Assembly (NCBI RefSeq): GCF_963921235.1 | Contig: NC_086097.1 | Location: 96,784,001-96,848,000, forward strand | DNA: 64,000 nt | Direction: 5' to 3' | Source of the DNA: Mobula hypostoma | Taxonomy: Eukaryota | Shown here: piece by piece, positions 61,965 to 64,000 of the stretch | How the letters are laid out: each line of letters opens with the position of its first letter | How positions within the stretch are numbered: position 1 is the first letter of the stretch | Notes under the pieces: generated by a model | The model's database searches: none | The model's input: the letters and a program-made list of their open reading frames with translations, nothing else | Told to the model about the DNA's origin: nothing | Position numbers and translations under genes: made by a program

Positions 61965-63430
61965 CATAATGACTACAGACCAATTGCCCTCACATCTTAT
62001 TTGATGTAAGTGCTGGAGAGGCCAGTTCTGACTGACCCTGGATCACGGGTGAGATCTTCATTGGACCTTCCACAGTTTGCCTACTAACCTTGTGTGGGAG
62101 TGGATGATGCCATCATCTACCTGTTGCAAAGAGCTCACTCACACCTGGATGATGTTGGTGGCACTGTGAAAATCATGTTTTTTGATTTCTCTAGTGCCTT
62201 CAAAACAACCCAGCCACTTCTTCAAAAGGTTCAAAGGTAGATTTAATGTCAGAAAGATGTATACAATGTGCATCCTGAAATGCTTTTTCTTCGCAACCAT
62301 CCACGAAAACGGAGAAGTGCCCCAAAGAATGAATGACAGTTAAATGTTAAAACCCCAAAGTCCCCCCCAGCTCCCTCCCTCCCATGTGTAAGTGGCAGCA
62401 AGCAACAATCTCCCCTCCCCCCCCACTGACAAAACTAAAATGCACCCGCTACCAGCACTCAAGCGCGAGCAAAGCAATAGCAAAGACATAGGCCTCTGAA
62501 TCTGTGCCGAAATCTTAGGCTGAGACTTTAGCATGCCGAATAGCAGCCGATTGTGGAACCCCGAGAGTGGGTCCCATTCCTGCAAAGAACTGTAGTCAGC
62601 GTGTAACTCCAGGCCAGGTTCTTCTAACAAACCCTGAAAGGGAAAAATAGAGATATTAAAGATGGAAATAGGTCTGAGCAAGAAGCTGCAAAGGATGGGC
62701 ATAGACAAATCCACTATCTTCTGGATTACTGACTACCTGACAAATAGACCCCAGTCTTCAGTCTGAGATGGTGATGAGTGGCACTGGAGCACCACAAGGG
62801 ACTGTCTTGTCTCTGTTTCTGTTCACACTGGACACCACAGACATTCAGTACAAATCTGAGTCCTGTCACGTGCAGACGTTCTCTGATGACTCTGTGGTGG
62901 TTGGGTGTATCAGAGATGGGCCCGAGTCAGAGTATGGAGGACTGGTGGACAAGTTTGTGGAGTGGTGCGGGAGGAATCTCCGGCTCCTGAATGTGGCCAA
63001 AACCAGGGAGATGGTGATTGATTTTAGGAGGAAGAGGAATGTGATGATGAGTCCTGTAATGTATACATTCTGGGAGAAGAAGTTATGGAGGTGGAGGAGT
63101 ATAAATACTTGTCAACAACAGACTTGACTGGAAATCCAACACCAAGCCTGTTTACGAGCAGAGGATAAGCAGATTCTATCTTCTAAGAAAGCTGAAATCC
63201 CTCAATATGTGTGGCAGGATGTTGGAGATCTTTTACAAGTCTGTTGTAGCGAGTGCAGTCTTCCTGTTATGGGAGCAGCATTGGTGCTGGTGATGCAAAA
63301 AGACTAAATAAACTCATCAAAAAGGCTGCATCCTTCCTTGGCTCCAACCTAGACTCTTGAGTTAGTGGTGGAGAGGACGTCACTAAACAAACATCAGTTT
63401 TGGAAAATCAGGCACATCTTCTCCATAACC
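61965..63430 (+). mobile_element. Rex1/Babar LINE RT remnant, interrupted at about 62222-62670 by another short element
   Basis: DYRPIALTS, GVDDAIIYLL, MFFDFSSAF, GAPQGTVLS, FSDDS. Confidence 0.85.
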
Positions 63431-63487
63431 TGCACATTGGTATATTATTATTAATTATTCATGATTATTATACTATTTATTTTTAAA

Positions 63488-64000
63488 TGTAATGGCTTCT
63501 TTGTAATGTTTCACTGCTAAGGCTAATGTAATGGCTTCTCTGTAATGTTAATTGTGATAATGGTTTCTCTGTAGCAGAAATGTTTAGGTTATGGCTGGGA
63601 TATAATTATGCATGTTAGCCAATCAGGATTCTGTTGCCCTTTCTGGAAGCTATTGGTTTTGTGGGCTTTTGCCAGAAGTCGCGAGAGGGATGAAGAGAGA
63701 AGACGCGTATGGAGAGGAGTGGTACGCTGCCCGACAGGGTGGACTCTGAGTGGGAGTCTGGAGGTTGGCGACACTCGGAGATCGAATGGTGGAAAGAAGA
63801 TCTTGCTGAGTGAGCTCCAACAATTGTGCACAGACTGTTTAATAAGATTGGCACCCTTTTTCTATTTTATTTTGTTTCTCTACTAACCACATAGTCAAAG
63901 TAAGAGTTATAAAGCTTAATCGTTTAATCGCATATTGTGTACTGTTTGTTATTTCAGGGTACTGATATGAAAGAGGGGACACATCGTGCAGCATCCACCC
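63488..64000. repeat. Probable LTR, runs off the window end
   Basis: Begins TGTAATGG with short tandem aatggcttct repeats, CCAAT-like motif, non-coding. Confidence 0.5.

Noticed and set aside
35200..64000. Expected syntenic neighbour PPP1R14D (downstream of ZFYVE19 in mammals)
   Set aside because: No PKC-potentiated inhibitor motifs (e.g. TVKYDR, EIDLEAL) recognised by eye on either strand; absence is not proven.

Overview
Vertebrate genomic DNA, most likely a cartilaginous fish (inferred from a CR1-dominated repeat landscape with V-SINE/HE1-like, Deu-domain SINE, Rex1 and Penelope-like elements). One intact host gene is present: the last nine coding exons of ZFYVE19/ANCHR (+ strand, 2117-34797; 355 codons plus stop, all introns GT-AG with consistent phases). 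Its FYVE exons lie upstream of the window. Most of the rest is nested transposon debris. Main finding: two different Gypsy (Mag/K02A2.6-like) LTR retrotransposons, 50 kb apart, each switch into a host-gene coding sequence just after the protease, where RT should begin, and in the protease reading frame. One continues into a SUDS3-like N-terminus (1-74, runs off the window) and the other into an intron-less RBM25 segment (about 52240-52853). This suggests recurrent LTR-mediated capture of host mRNAs. Also present are a fragmented env-bearing class I endogenous retrovirus inside a ZFYVE19 intron and minimal hammerhead-ribozyme motifs carried by Penelope-like elements. Gene and family identifications come from recalled sequence knowledge, not database searches. 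Boundaries of degenerate repeats are approximate.
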